NCBI GenBank assembly: GCA_030704615.1
Contig: CM060732.1
Location: 32,364,001-32,428,000 of the forward strand
Origin: Takakia lepidozioides
Taxonomy: Eukaryota > Plantae > Bryophyta
DNA: 64,000 nt
Reading direction: 5' to 3'
The stretch's first letter is position 1. Every line of letters starts with the position of its first letter. The notes beneath the pieces are model-generated. The model was not told the DNA's origin and ran no database searches. It saw only the letters and a list, made by a program, of their open reading frames with translations. Both the position numbers and the translations under genes were made by a program. This document shows positions 33,501 through 47,732 of this stretch, one piece after another.

Positions 33501-36389
33501 TATCAAATCGACACACCGTATAGGCGGAGGGATGAACCCATCCATTGGATGAATTCATTAATGTATGTGCCTTTTAAATGACACGTGTAATGATGTAGTC
33601 ATATATATAGAGTTATGAAACAATTTGCAGTAAGGGACTCATAAATTTACATGCCATGTCATCGATGGATAAACTTATCAAATGGATGAATACATTCATG
33701 TATGTACTTTCAAAATGACACGTGTAGGGATGTAGTCGTATAAATAGAGCTGTAAAAGTATCTTCAGTCATGGAGTCACAAGATTCCATGAAACATCACA
33801 CTAGTCATAAAACCATCCCTGTCATCATGGTCAACAATGTTTGACCAATGCTCCCTAACTTTCCGGAGTCATGTAATGATATCCATAACTACAAAGTGGT
33901 AAAACTATGACTGCAACGCATTTCAGCACTCTGTAGTCGTACACCTAGTGCCGTTTTTATGACTCCGCCAAATCCATAGTCCTAAAAACGCTCATCTCTT
34001 GTAGTGCAAGGACATCGATGGGCTGAAGACAGACGCAGCGCTGAAGGCCCAATGTCGAAGGATGAGGCAAACCGAGTTGAAGGCGGAGCACAGTAGTGAA
34101 AATGTGCGATATTGGGTCGTGCTGTCAACCATGCCTCTGCTCCGGGTCCTGCGCATGATAGAAGTCGGGCTCGATGCAACTCAGAAGAAGCACTTGAGAG
34201 CATGCCGGAAAAGGAATGACGGTGCACGCGCTCGGAAATGGACTCATGAAGATGGTCGAGGCCTTGAGCAACCAACTGCTCAAATGGTGGTAGACATGCT
34301 CGCGCCGGTGCCGGAAGAAGATCTCGTGCAGAGCGGAGATGCTGCTGGAAGGGTAAAATGCCACTGTCGACATGTGCAACGGCGTCCATAAGGATGGGAC
34401 GATGGTCACAGAGAAATCGTGAAGCGAGGGCTGGCGCCACCAATGCCCAACTGCCAAGGAAAGCTGACGGGGTGGTAGTGACAGTGGACAAAAGACCCAC
34501 ACCACCGGAAGAGACGGGCAAGGTGGCTTGCTATCGTGGCAAAAGTCGCTGAGCTCCTGGTCCTAACAATCTCCCGAAGATAGTCATCATGGTAGTATCA
34601 AACCCAGATAAGAGGTGTAGGAAATGTGGGCTGGGTGGAACAGTGCGCAAGAGATATGAGGGACGCTGAAGGAAACATTTGGTCAAGATTCCATATGCTA
34701 CCTGTACATCTCCGAGCCTAGGAAGGAGATCGGCGTGGGTGGCATCCTTGTGGAGTGCATCTTCCAAGAAGGACGTTGTGAACTGGGTGGTGCCAAAAGG
34801 GACTCCCAGGATTCTGATGCCATTGGGCGGAGCAATGAAGTGAGCAGGGAGGACAAAATCTGCAGGGAGACCGGACGGAGACCACACCGCACATTTGCGA
34901 GGTTGCACTGAAAGGCCCACGACAGAGAGTTGGGTGACAAAATGATAGTAAGCTGAAAGTACCTGTGAGGCAGGGCCTACAATGTGCGTGTCGTCTGCCA
35001 CCGACGGAAAAAGACAAGATGAGTGAACTTGTGCAGAAGCCGTGAGGGCGCGGACATGAGCCATGACAAACAAAGGTCCTCCTAAAGGGTCGCCTTGGCG
35101 GGTCCCAACCTCGGACTGAATGATGGAGCACTCACCTAGGCGAGAATGATGACTGTAGTATAGGGGAGTGGTGGATGCATAGAATAATTGAACAAACGGA
35201 ATGAGCTGGTGGAAATCTCCTCCGGCTGAACGGAGCTCCTAAAAGATAGCCACTCGTGACACAGTGTTGAAAGCGTTGGTGACGTCGACCTGGAGAACCA
35301 CCCAATCCGGATGAAGATCAAGAGCTGCACGAATCCCCTGAACCACCGCCTCGCAACTGCCTCGAGTGGCGACCCCGAACTGGTGCGGAAAAAGGTGTCC
35401 GGAGAAGGCATCTCGAAACTGAAGACAAAGTGAGCGGCTGACAAGGCGGTAAAGAACCTCTCCAATTGCGATAGGGCGGATGCCAGTACCTGAGGGTTTG
35501 CTCATAGCCAACAATCTGGAGGCCCCAAGGAGACGGGCCACTGGGGCAGGGATACGGCCAGCAGCAATAAAGGAGCAAATCTAAAATAGCTGAGAGAAGC
35601 CACTAGCAGAGTCATGTGGAGAGAAACAGTCGTGTAAGTGCTCATACAGGAGACCGGAAGGACCTGCCGCTGCAAGATGGGGACTGCGCGTGAAGGCCTG
35701 AGTGAAGACCTCCCGATCTAGCTTGAGATCCTGGTCTGGCTCGAAGTCCTCAACAAAAAGCGGCAGAATATCCTGAGCTGATGGGTGAAGGGCTTCGAGG
35801 GCAGTGACAGTATCCGGTGATGGAGGCGCTGGTGAGGAAGGTGCTAAAGCCTTGGCCGCGCGTGAGTACTCGCCAACGCGGCCTAACATGAGACTATGAC
35901 GAAGTCGCCTGTGGGCCGATGAGGGTGGCTGCGTGGAGGAAGCGGGAGGGGCGCGTGCCGCAAGGGCTAGTGCCCGTAATTGATGCTCATCTTGCAGACT
36001 CTCCCAATATCCAGATAAAAAACGGCGAAGACGGATGCGCGTCTCTCTGTGCCCTGACTGACCGCCACGAGGGGGCAAAACCAAACACCACTGAGGAAAT
36101 AACAAGAAAAGATACCATGCTGGTATATCATCAGGATCACGAGCCAGCCTGTCTAAGGGTAGACGGAGTGCCAGTTGGACCTCATGACGTAGTGCCACCG
36201 GAATTCTTGTATAAAGACGAGGTCTTGGCAGTTCTAATTGAAATGCGCCTAGAACATCTAGCGCTGAAAGCCAATGCCAAGCAGAGGCAGGAGGTGGCAC
36301 GTGCAAGACACTGGGCTGAAATGGAGAAGTACCATTTGTGTGGGACTGATGAAGAGCCGCACACGTACGCTGGTATCGCGGAAGCCCTC
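27538..36389 (-). mobile_element. CRE-type retrotransposon copy B, 5'-deleted
   Basis: Same 3' TSD copy (27525-27537), tail, RLE and RT; ends at the deletion junction. Confidence 0.92.
28345..34006. mobile_element. Pack-CACTA copy B with the same cargo
   Basis: Same TIRs and CAA TSD (28342-28344, 34007-34009); PPR/PDF about 29310-30290, CSY about 30616-30684, PDF(+) about 31070-31590, TPM ORF 32544-33149. Confidence 0.96.
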
Positions 36390-37242
36390 ATGAATTAGAA
36401 GGAAATGATGCTGCTGTTACAGCTGCAGACAGCGTTCCACAGCATCAGCTGGCGAGATATAGAATTAACTAGAGGAATTCTTTCAATGGACTCAGGGCCT
36501 TCGCTTTTGCTTGATATACTCGGCTGAACTAAAGAGAATGTCAATGTGCTTCGGAATTGGGGATTGATTAAAAAGAACCCTGCAGATCTTTAAGTTTTAC
36601 AGATAACACAAATACCAAAAAAACACGCGTTCACGTCTCTCGTTCCAATTTCGCTACTGTATATCAGAGGGAAGAGGGGGAGAAGCCCCTCCAAGGCTTC
36701 TGGTGGTGCAGCCCAGGATACATCCACGCGCAACCTTGAAAGCAAAGTTGCTGGAGGCGCTGCAGATCTTTGCTTGCAGGACTGAGAAGGTGGCGTCAGC
36801 GAAGTGGGCGTTACCCTTTGTCTTAGTACAGAGTCCTCGGTCTCAATCCGACTACACGCATGTGTTTTTCTTTGAGAGGAAGTAAAGGCAGAAGACCTTA
36901 ATGAGGCCTTCATGTCAATGCAAAGAGGGTTTGCATCCCCGAGCTCTCTCGACCTCATGCAACCGCCCTCTGTTCCCTCTTTTGTCTTCCAGTTCTATGT
37001 CCCAAATTTTCTCGGGTGAGCATATTTTCGTGTCGCCATAGCATATTCTAGGGATGTTCAGAGAATATATGGAATATTTTGTTATGCGTGCTCACACGCA
37101 CGGAGCTTGCCTGATCTCGGGATCATCCTGCTACAGTTCGACACGTGCACCCAAAACGCGAGCGACGTTGGGGGTATCGAAGGTCGCAGGGGATGGGGTC
37201 GATGGCTGACAGCATTTATGGAGAGTTGTACGCGAGTGTGCC

Positions 37243-39336
37243 ATGGATATCGGTGTAGTGAGGTCTGTGTATGCGTCTGAATCTTGCATCTGGGGGTTGA
37301 GGAATGGTGGGCAGCGCTTGAGTTGCTTTGATAGCGGGAACAATTCCAGGGATGCCATCTGCAAGGCTCCATCTCCGGTCTCTAGGAGGCAAGAATTTGT
37401 GCACGGTCTGAAGGGATTGTCTTTGAATAAGAGCATAGCTGGGCAGGTTTGTGGGTTCGGTAGAGAAATCGAGAGCAGCTCTTGGCGATCCGCTGGTAAG
37501 GTAGCGAGAGGGATTACAGCCTGCGCTGGCGTAGGGGCGGTGAGAGCGATGGAGGAGACAGGAAAGGTCAAGAGGGAAGCTCATTTGCAAGTATTTGAGA
37601 ATGTGGAGAAACTTGGCATCAGCTTGGCTCAGCACGTGGCTCAATTGTCAGAGGCAGCTGTGCAGAATAGAGGTGTCTTCTCCGTTGTACTCTCTGGCGG
37701 TTCTCTTATTAAAACCCTAGGGTAAGATCTGTTCTCCTACCCCAATTATCTTGAAATGGACGTTGTCCTCTTCTGTCAAAATATGTCCGTGGTCTATTTA
37801 GATCCATACCTGTGTATGTTTGTTCAATTTCAATGTGTTCGAGAGGGTTGAACACTGCGCTTGTTACTCGCATCGAATCATCTCAACTCTACTTGCTCCT
37901 CATACATGCGAGTATACATGCAATCTGCATTCACATCCTCGTGATCCTTTATCCATCATCGAGCTTCTCTATGGGAGCTTTAGTGCAAAAATCCGCTGAA
38001 GACGATCGCCAAAGAGTCCTATGGCAACCTGGCAGGGTGAAAATCTGCACAGGGTACCAGCGACCTTGATTCTTAGAAAGAAGGTAAGATAAGTTCAAAC
38101 TGTTGTCTATAGATCTCTCCTCAGGTATATGAGGAGTTCAAAATGTTTTCACACTGTCTAGCTTAGATGTCACTGAAATTGTCCTAAATTCTGGAGCATT
38201 TCTGATCCCAGGAAGTTGTGTGAGCCACCATATCTGGAGAAAGTGGACTGGTCACGCTGGCATGTGTTTTGGGTTGATGAGCGGGTAGTCAAGAAGGACC
38301 ATCCTGACAGCAACTACAAGCTTGCCTATGATGGTTTATTGGCCAAGGTAACCACACAAGGCTTCTTAAGTCCTGCCTCCAGGGGCTCTAGCATATCCTT
38401 GCCAATCTAACCTAACAATCTCAAGCTTGTGTATGATACCCTGTTGTGTGAAGGAAGATACTGTTATGACATCTCTCCTCTTAGAGAAAAGAATGCTCCT
38501 TGAGTTCGTGTTGGAGATCTTGTCATATGGAGACATTGTCTAGTTATGAATGTTCCAATTTCAAAGCTCGTACTAGTGTTTTGCCAGTTTATTCTAGATG
38601 TGAAAGAACGGAATACCCTGGGTAGATTCTGTGTACATATCTAGGAACAGTGGAGGTTGATTTTATGGTGGCCTGGTCCTGGGAGAAAATTCATAGTTGT
38701 GTTCATGGTGTTTGTGCCCACACACATAAGAGAAGAGATGTACCAGCGCTTTGCCACAGCCTTGTCTCATCCATTCTGGGAGAGTGAAGGTCCTGAGGGT
38801 GAATGGCGTGGCATAATTTTAGCTATGAATTGACATTGGATACCCTCCAAATGTTGCCCTTGGTGCAGGTACTTATTCCATCTGGACAAGTCTATGCCAT
38901 CAATGATGCACTTTCTGCACAGGGCGCTGCAGAGGATTATGAGGTTCAATTAAGACAGCTGGTCAAAACAAGTATTCTGCCTATGGCAGACACCAATGAC
39001 TACCCAAGGTTTGATCTCATACTACTAGGTATGGGGCCAGACGGGCATCTTGCGTCTCTATTTCCCCACCATCCTCTTGTTCACGAGAAGAAACTGTGGG
39101 TCACTTCCATCACCGACTCTCCGAAACCACCACCGGAAAGAATCACCTTCACTTTCCCAGTGATAAACTCAGCAGCAAATGTTAGCTTTGTCGCTACTGG
39201 AGAGGGGAAGGCAGATGTGCTCGCAAAAGTGTTTGGAGAAGAATTGCCTTTTGGAACGCTACCTTCACAGAGTGTCTACCCTGTGAAAGGGAAACTGATT
39301 TGGTTTGCTGATAAAGCAGCTACATCAAAGCTGTAG
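37243..39336 (+). CDS. PGL3: 6-phosphogluconolactonase, PGL3-type (plastid transit peptide plus PTS1 SKL), intact copy
   Basis: Exons 37243-37721, 38212-38347, 38869-39336 with GT-AG introns and consistent phases; ~100-aa Ser/Arg-rich N-terminal extension; ends AATSKL. Confidence 0.93.
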
Positions 39337-40970
39337 GAAATGACGGGAGTTGGGGGGTCACTTATTCTCTAATTTAAATGATGTTGCTGTGAGTTGAGTG
39401 GACTATTCTGTAGGCTACATTAAAGTTATTCTTCAAATGGTAGAAAAGGACTTGGATATGTTACCTAAGACAAAATATTGTTAGACTATCATGGCAACAT
39501 TCTGAAGACTACCTGATTTGCTGATAATGTGCTGTATCACAGCTATATAAAAGATGAGAATGAATACCTATGAGGTTATTGTCTTATTTTCTCTAAGTTG
39601 GTGGCCCTTCAAGCTGGTAGGCAAGGACTGCCAACAGTCGCAGCAGTGTTCTTTCTGGAGTATCACTACTGTAGAACTCAGGTCCGGGAATTTTCTGCAC
39701 AGTTAGTTGTAGAAGATCTTTGAAGACAATCTCATCTGGTATATAACTACTTCAATGACATGAGCTGTGACAATGTTTTGCAGGAATTGTTTGACATTCA
39801 TATCCTGTACAATCTGTGGGGCAAGTGCACAAAAGATGTATACTACATGACGAGCTATCTCTTGCACTTCCATTCAGGCTACAAGCCTCTATTGCTTACC
39901 ATCTAGTGAGAATTCACTCTGCCAAACCACATGCATCATAGGAAGCTCCAGCAGGCCACTTGTAATGAGAATGTGCATGCAGTGCGAGACAGCTGAATTA
40001 GAGAAGATGTAGAGAGAAGGGTAAATTTTGTCCACATAATCCCAAGCAACTTTTTCTAGAACTCTACCACCTTGGCTATGTTCTATAAAGCCACCAGCCT
40101 ACTTCTGTGAGAATTTGCACCTTGTGGATCCCTTCTACAGATCAACATCATATCTGAATCAGACTTGTAGTTAAGACTAACTTAATGCCCAAAGCAATGC
40201 TCCACAATGCATCCAAAAACAAACTATCACACGTTCTGTCTGCAGCTTTAGGAACCGCAACAGTTTAATCAAGAGCACCAAAAGGAAACTAGGCGAGAAC
40301 GAAATCGCCAGGTGAATAACAGCACAAAACTCATATCAAAATGGGAAACCCCATGAGACTAATGTTACACAGCAGTGACAGCTAAAAAGTCCGTATAATG
40401 AGGTCCAATCTTCCAGTCCACATTTTATGGGTGCCAAAACACTAGTTAACTGTGTTAAGACCAACTGTTGCACATCTCAAAATTTGGGGTTTTCAATGGA
40501 TGCACATCCTGCTCAGAAGTTCTACTATACTTGTCCTGTCCTGTCAGGGAAATGTCAAAGGAATTTATGCAAAGTATAAATTATCCAAATCACAAATATC
40601 TGGGGATGTCTGAACGGTTGATCTGCCTTTCACTGGATATTTGTACACTGTTGTCGCGCTATTCGCGGATCCCAGGTTTGGAGTTCAAGCACAGCTCGAA
40701 TGGTGGTATGTTCATTCAGGAACTCGTTCCTTGTCCTACAATGCCTGCCTTTCCTATGTAGACTACATGTCTTGTGTCAATTTTCAGTTGGTGCTGTCTA
40801 TACAATCTTTTTGAAGCAGATGATAACAAGGATGGGAGCCAAATTCAATTTCTAGACTGCTAAAAGGGTAAATGGACAACCTGGAACACCAAGACAAATT
40901 GGCCTTGGTTCTTGTTTGATTACATCATCTCAAATGTCATCTAACAGCAGTATAATCTGTCCACACCACT

Positions 40971-43900
40971 TCATCGTGTAGCTGTCACACAAAACCCCGG
41001 CTCGGTGGGTATGATGGGATCTGCCAGAACACTCCAGCGAGATGCCAAGCGTAAACACGACTGTAAGAGGCGTGCCTGCAACACCACATAGACTAGCCAT
41101 AAGAACAACAAATCTGCATCCTCCTCTTCACCTCTACACAACTAACTCCACACTGCTTGGACTTCTAATCAAGTGCCAAAACGGTCAAGTGCCAGGAACT
41201 ATTTCTGCCTTCAGAAGTTATTGCCCATGACAGGTCCTCAGATGGAAGGCAGGCCAGCAATCATTTCGTAAGAAAAGTCTGTAAGCTTTCTGACTTGGAA
41301 AGTTTATAAAACACCTGACAACAATATCCTAGGACCACTACATGTGTGCAAATCTTCAAACCATAATCCAGAACTCCCCTCACCTGGTGGTTTACCTCTT
41401 AGCCAGATGACTTCACTTAAGGAACTGGACGTTAGTCAACCCAAACCCAACAGGTTTTAAAGGACAGAGCAGTATTTAACAACCTTCGGAAGAAACCTTA
41501 GTCGCACCTCAGGCACACAATCACCCAAAAATACTCCAAACATACCTTCCTTCAGAAACCCCTAGATTTTCAGAAAGCAGTATGGTTGAGGAAATTGCTA
41601 TTACCCACTGAAAAGCAGCAAGCATCCACCAATTCCCAGCCAAGCCCATGCCGAGCCTATTGAATGCCTGTCAGAAACATGAAACCTAGAGCTTAGTTGC
41701 AATGGCCACTTTCAAACATGTCAGATATACTTCAGATAGACAGAAGTATCAGCAACTCCCCTAGTACGGAGATAAAGTTTCACCATCTACCCTCAACACT
41801 TAGAAGGCAAGCAAGATGTTGCGCACTGTGGATTTTGCGGTAAGTCACTCATAAAATCAATACTACCTCCCCGATCAATGCTAATAACCTGAGGTACAAT
41901 TTTCTCACCTAGACCTTATTACAAAAAGGCAAATTGAACTTATCACAGTGGTAATTAGCCTCAAATAATACCACAAGTAGAAAACTCCCGACAAAGAAGC
42001 AGACAGTTGTGCTCACGCCTAGATATTTCACGTCCCTACCAGCCTGCATACATGAAATGAGTAATTAGGAAAACAGCAGTGACTTCAGAGGGTAATAAAC
42101 CTCCATTTTATCTTCTTCAGTGACACAAGCTATTAGTTGCTCAAAGAGCTTCATGCAAACACTGATGACATTATTCTAGGAGTTCCACATATCATAACAA
42201 CAACAACAACGCAAGGGAAGCATGCATAAGCAATATGAGAGAGAGGAGAGAGAGGGAGGGAAAGAGAGAGAGACCAGCAATGTGCCCTCGAGGGATAGAA
42301 GTGGCGGAGTTATCACCAGGTTGGCAAGCAATGGAGCTGTCACCATCCGCATCTGCAGAAAGCAACCAAAACAATCACTCCATCTAGACAAAGCTCCAAC
42401 ATTAGGTCACGGACTGATTGTAGATCACCCAAAAGCTGTAGGTCTTTACTGCATCCCTTATAGTGGCCTGCCAAGCATTCTTAAGTGCTATCCCAACCTG
42501 GGAGATAGCCCTCTGTACAAGCATACTCTCCTACAGGCTTACTATAGCATTATAGAGCTTTGTAGCAACATCAGCCTGAGGAGATCCTACCTGACTGATA
42601 ATAGCAGGATCATTTGTGAAAAGATGGGGGAAAATCCACGGAACCGAAGTTGCAACGCATCCCAATGTGAGTCCAAGTACTCCTCCAATTAGCACCAATG
42701 ATCGCAGCAGCATCCGTGCCTGCAAATAGCCACCAACGCAGAATAGTTAGACCTTCATCACAATAGAAGAATGCCTGGCTGCCTGGATGGAATCCCAACA
42801 TGACAAAGCCACGGTCAGAGAACTACCTGTTTCAAGTTGCGCCCATAACCATGTATGAGAGCGGGCATGAAAGACTGTGCTGTCTGTCCCAGGGGTTCTC
42901 CCCATACAGCACATAGTGCATAGATCCCTATCATCACCTGCATGCCACAATCATGACAGCGTTCAGCACCCCTCATCAAAAAACCCTTCCTGTAAAAGTG
43001 GCGAGAAATAACTTCAAGTGGCTACTACAGAAAGAACAAAGTATAGAAGGTCTTCTCCATTTCATGAGCAGTATATGAATACAATCAGCAATAATCTATT
43101 GAAGTTGATAGCCAACTGTTTACAACACAGAAAAGGTAGAACTTCTGTGGTCCAGATTTCCCCAAACCTACCTGATGAGCTGCTAGAGTGACAGCTCCCA
43201 AAGATGTTACCAAATACGTGAGCAGTATATAGAAACACACCTGCATCAAAATTTAAGCAAAGCTTATTTTTGTCAGAGGCCATGCCTAACTGACCCAATG
43301 CTAAAATGGACTAAAACCCAGCCCACCATCTTCAACGACTGGTATTTCGGCAAGTATACTTAGTTAAGTACCCACTTAAGGATGTTGCAGATTTGCTGTG
43401 AGAATTCTGCCAAATCACATTCTTCAATTCTATCATCTCTGCAGTCATGAGAAGGCTATCTTCAGGACCAAAGCACTGTGAGAGAGGGATGTGACAGAGA
43501 AGGGCATGGGAGAGACGTCATTGAATGTACTAGGCACCAGTCCATTTGGTGGGACAGTGACTGTTCATTTGCGAAGGATGGTACCCATTGTTCGGAGAGA
43601 GAAGCTATCTACCTGCCTCATGGCCACCTTGTGCATATCTCTTACTAGTTATAAAACTGGGAGTGGAAGGTCAAAGGTCAGGAAGTTCCTTATGACATTA
43701 GTAGTAACCTGCAGGAAGGCTACATTACCATGGAGACAACGCATTGCTTCAAGATGCACTGCGATGGATTTTGAATGAACCCAGCATACATGGTCTACCA
43801 AGCAAGGGTGGACAAACACAAGTGGTTGAGGAGGCTGGAACATTGGTTGGCCATTGCTGCCTAAAGATCACTCAAGTGAGTCAAAGGAATACCTACCTTC

Positions 43901-46900
43901 GACACCATGGTTAGAAGAATAGGAGCAGCCAGCTCCACCATGTGTGATAGCTCCTTCCAGGAAGGTGGAGTTAAAAGCAACGCATTGTAGCCTTTCTCAT
44001 TCAATGATTTCAACATCAGGATCATTGCCACATACTGTTAACAACCCTCCACAACAATTAGAAGCCTGCAAGCAAAGGTCCAGGCTAATGCACCGAAAGA
44101 TCACCTAAGGTCTCTAATCCACAGACATTATATAATTCTGAAAACATTTACAATCATAGGATACAGTCCGATATGACTTGTAAATCCCTGCTCCATAACT
44201 TCCCTTGTTTTCTACCAGCATGCTAGGCTACCTGTTACAACTCTGGATGCATTCTGCAAAAGTACTGAATTTTTATGAGGCTTTTCCTTGATCAGGGGCC
44301 ATTCGGTGTCACAATAGGGCCAACTGCCAGCCGCACCAAGTCTCACTCCTTTAGAGTTACAAGTTTCCTTGACTAGTATAACTCTTGAAGTTTGGTGCCT
44401 CAAATGTTAAAAGACGGACTAGGTGGCTGACCTGAGAGGCCATGGTTGCCCATGCAGCGCCTGCAATACCACAACCAAGGAAGGAGCAGAGGAGAACGTC
44501 TCCAACCAGATTCACAAGGCTTGCGATGCCTAAAACCTTCAAGGGACCCCATGAATCCTGCATTCCAAGGCTGCCAAATGAACACCATCAGTCAGTTTAC
44601 CCTATCACCTGCAGTCAATCCTTGACATGACAACTCAAACTTCAACTCAAAATTCAAAAGCATTCTCACGACTTGCACGTCAACACTCTTGTTAGCAGCT
44701 ATGTGAAACTCTGACTGCATGGCATTTAAAGATCATCATTGGATGATCAACTTTACAGTGAAGGTTGGCAACATTGTGTACCTTGCACTCTGTGCAACCA
44801 TACCCACAAGCACTGCTGGCCACGCTAATGCCCTGACCTGTCGTGCAAAATTAAACAAGTGTTTTAAGATTTAATCGTAGTAGCTCCCAGAAAATTGCAG
44901 GGACCAAGTTCTGAGTCAACTCCAGAAGGGGTCACAGGTACCAGAACAGACACCCTCTCATTGTCCGAATAACTGAAAGCACCTTTCTTGTCCCCATGAT
45001 CACAAAAGACAACAAATCCAACAAGACATAAGAAGCTACCTTCAACCACTATCTTATCAATCTGCTGTAAATACACAGTCACCAATCCAGATATTGTTAC
45101 CTCCACATACGTTCTGGATGCAGGAACCAAAGCAATGTTCTTGCTTCCGACGAAAGCTGGAAATAAACACAACCCAAACGCACAAATGTTATTTCATCTT
45201 ATAGCAAACCCACCATGAGGTACACCCTGCTAATAACTCCAAACATGCTAAATCCCCAAGCACACACACAAACTTTGACACCTATTCTCAGTGGCATGTG
45301 GCACAATGACAATTGCTTGGAAGATTATTATGGCTCCAAACCACAATTGCAACTATCATAACTTGCTAGAAGAGAGCTTGAGAGGGAAAAGGCAAAGAAA
45401 AAGAACAGAGGTGTGATTCCTGGGTAAAGTACCCACTACAGTTATCCTGAAAAGGTGCTTAACCTAATGCTTTGATTGAACCTCTTTCCATCAGGTTGCG
45501 TAGAGCTAGTTGCATCTGACACTTTCTTGCTTCAAAAATCTGAAGATGCTACTTGGAAAACAAAGAGCTGTTACCATAGCCACAAACGAATTCTTAAAGG
45601 TATCGAGTATAAAGATGCTTTATTTGGTAACTTAATATTGCAGTTACACTACTATCCATACCTTTAAGCAGTGGTTCTGCCCCAACCTTGGTCAGAAATA
45701 ACATGCCCACACCTGACGCAAGAGATACAAACAGCAGCCTTGATAGATGGCCTGCTGCCTCTGCTTCATCCTGAAAAACTTTAAAGAGTATCAAAATTGA
45801 CACCATTTCAGAAGGCTCTCAACGGTCAAGGTGCCCTATTAGATTTTCTTATAGCACCTATGACCCTCAGAGAAGTGAAGCATCTTTCCAATTCAATCCA
45901 CAGAATTTTAGTTTTGTGAGGGAGGAACCCAACAGATGTATGAAGTATCACCTTCTGAGCGAGAGAAGTGGCAATCAAGTAGGAGGTTGCCACAGACAGA
46001 AACATGAACACATAGCACGATTGGTCACAGAAGATAGTTCCTGGCCCTGAGATCCACACCATTATCCAGCACAAAGGATACAAAACATCTCAGTGCTAAC
46101 AAAATTGATTCACAACACAGTATTAGGCATACTTCAAAAGTCGTGGATTGTACCTACATTGAAAGATAGGTCTCATAGAAGTTGCAGTGCCTTTCTATCC
46201 CCCAATGGTGAACATCCAAACCTCACACATAAAGCCGCAATTTTTCTAAAAGCTTTAGTAGATTAACCTCAGGCATGTCCTTTGCATTCCTACACGTGGC
46301 ACTCATTTGGCATCAAATATAGCCATCGGATCAAAAGCCATTCATGCAACTCTTTCCAATAGGCTCCACTATGTATGTGTTGTCCCATGGCACCCTGTGG
46401 AGGTTGTTGTATTTCCCAAACAGTACCATGATAATGGCTACTACATGGAGTTTTACCAACCACAGCAGCAAGTTTGCATAGAAGTCAAGAATATAGCTCC
46501 CTCCAAACCTTAAGATCCTGGGATGTCTCGCCAATCAAGGACTAATGGGCGTACATTGGAGCAACAAAGGTAGGAGTTACGGCTCTACCTTGAAGCAAAG
46601 TCACATGTTACATGTCAATAATGCAATATACAGGTAAGAGGTAAGAGTCGCTAAACGCACCAAGAGCAGCAAGCTCCAGAGAGCTACTGGTGCCGATGAC
46701 GGATGTGTCGATTAGACTCATCAAGGGGCCTGACAACCAAATTCCAAGAGCTGGCCCAGCAAAAGCAATAATTTCTTTCAGCTGTTCCAACACATTTTTG
46801 CTTTCCACTCCCACTTCCTGAGTCTGCACGCTACTGGGAATGTCAGTTGATTCCTTTTCCAAATCTTCCTCCCCAGTTGCCCAATCCACCAGAGGCACTG

Positions 46901-47732
46901 ATAATGTAGGCTCTAATAATGTAGGCTCGCTGACAAGTTTTAGTGCATCTGCAACTTCAGCTACCATGACAGCTGCTGCTACAGCAGACGTAGCCTCGTC
47001 TAGGTTGTTCAATAGATGAGGCTGCCAACCAATGCTCTGCTCCTCTGCCAATTTGACCTCCAAAACAGACTGTAGGGTGATGACTGCCCCTTCTGCATCA
47101 GACTCCGCCTGGAGAAATTCTGCAGGTGACCATGAAGGAGCATTCTCATTGAGTGTGTCAGAGACAAAGTATGCACCACCCGGGAGCGAGCCCGGCTGAC
47201 CCGGTAGTGAAATATGGTCCAGCTCATGTTCCCAATCAACTGGAGGAGATGCTCCCTGAGTTCTACCAGAAACCACTTTGAGCAACTCGTTCTCAGCTTC
47301 TTCCAGAGATCTCACCACCTCAATACCAGCCTCTGTGAAATAGATATCAGAGGTCAGCTCTAGCGGCTCTGCAGTTAGCGATGGAGCCCCGTATTCATAT
47401 GCAGAGGCATCAACAGACGCATCCGACTCGGCAATACCTTCCGCTAGACTTGCAACATGACGCCTTTTATGCCGATTCTCACACTTGCCGAAATGTCTGT
47501 TCCTGAGCCTGGCCCCAGCAGTTGTTGCGACTGATGGGACCTTTTGAACAGGAATTCTAGGTTTCCTTGAAGTATTATGAGATGCGACCACCTTGAACCT
47601 TGTTTGGTAACCCTTGGGAGATACGTCGTTGCATCTGACTGAGAAATTCTTCTCTGCGGTGCTAACCACTCCTTGCCTTCCTCCATGCACAACTCCCGGC
47701 GCTTGAAGGAGTTGAACTACTCCCCCTCCCAT
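40971..47732 (-). CDS. MATE efflux transporter, plastid DTX46/EDS5(DTX47) subfamily, 14 coding exons
   Basis: Exons traced: [30 protein letters not shown] / PGTIFCD..FLSVATS / HLSRLLFV / AFVG..YVE / VRALAWPAV / [20 protein letters not shown] / [12 protein letters not shown] / LAAHQ / [14 protein letters not shown] / ARMLLRSL / SLEGTLL / AGRDVKY / FQW / [10 protein letters not shown]. Confidence 0.93.

Larger units (their letters stand above)
26914..39582 (+). repeat. Segmental duplication, copy B (lacks the counterpart of 13618-20128)
   Basis: Junction gaagccc-TC-atgaattag at 36388-36389 joins CRE sequence to the region matching 20129 onward. Confidence 0.97.
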
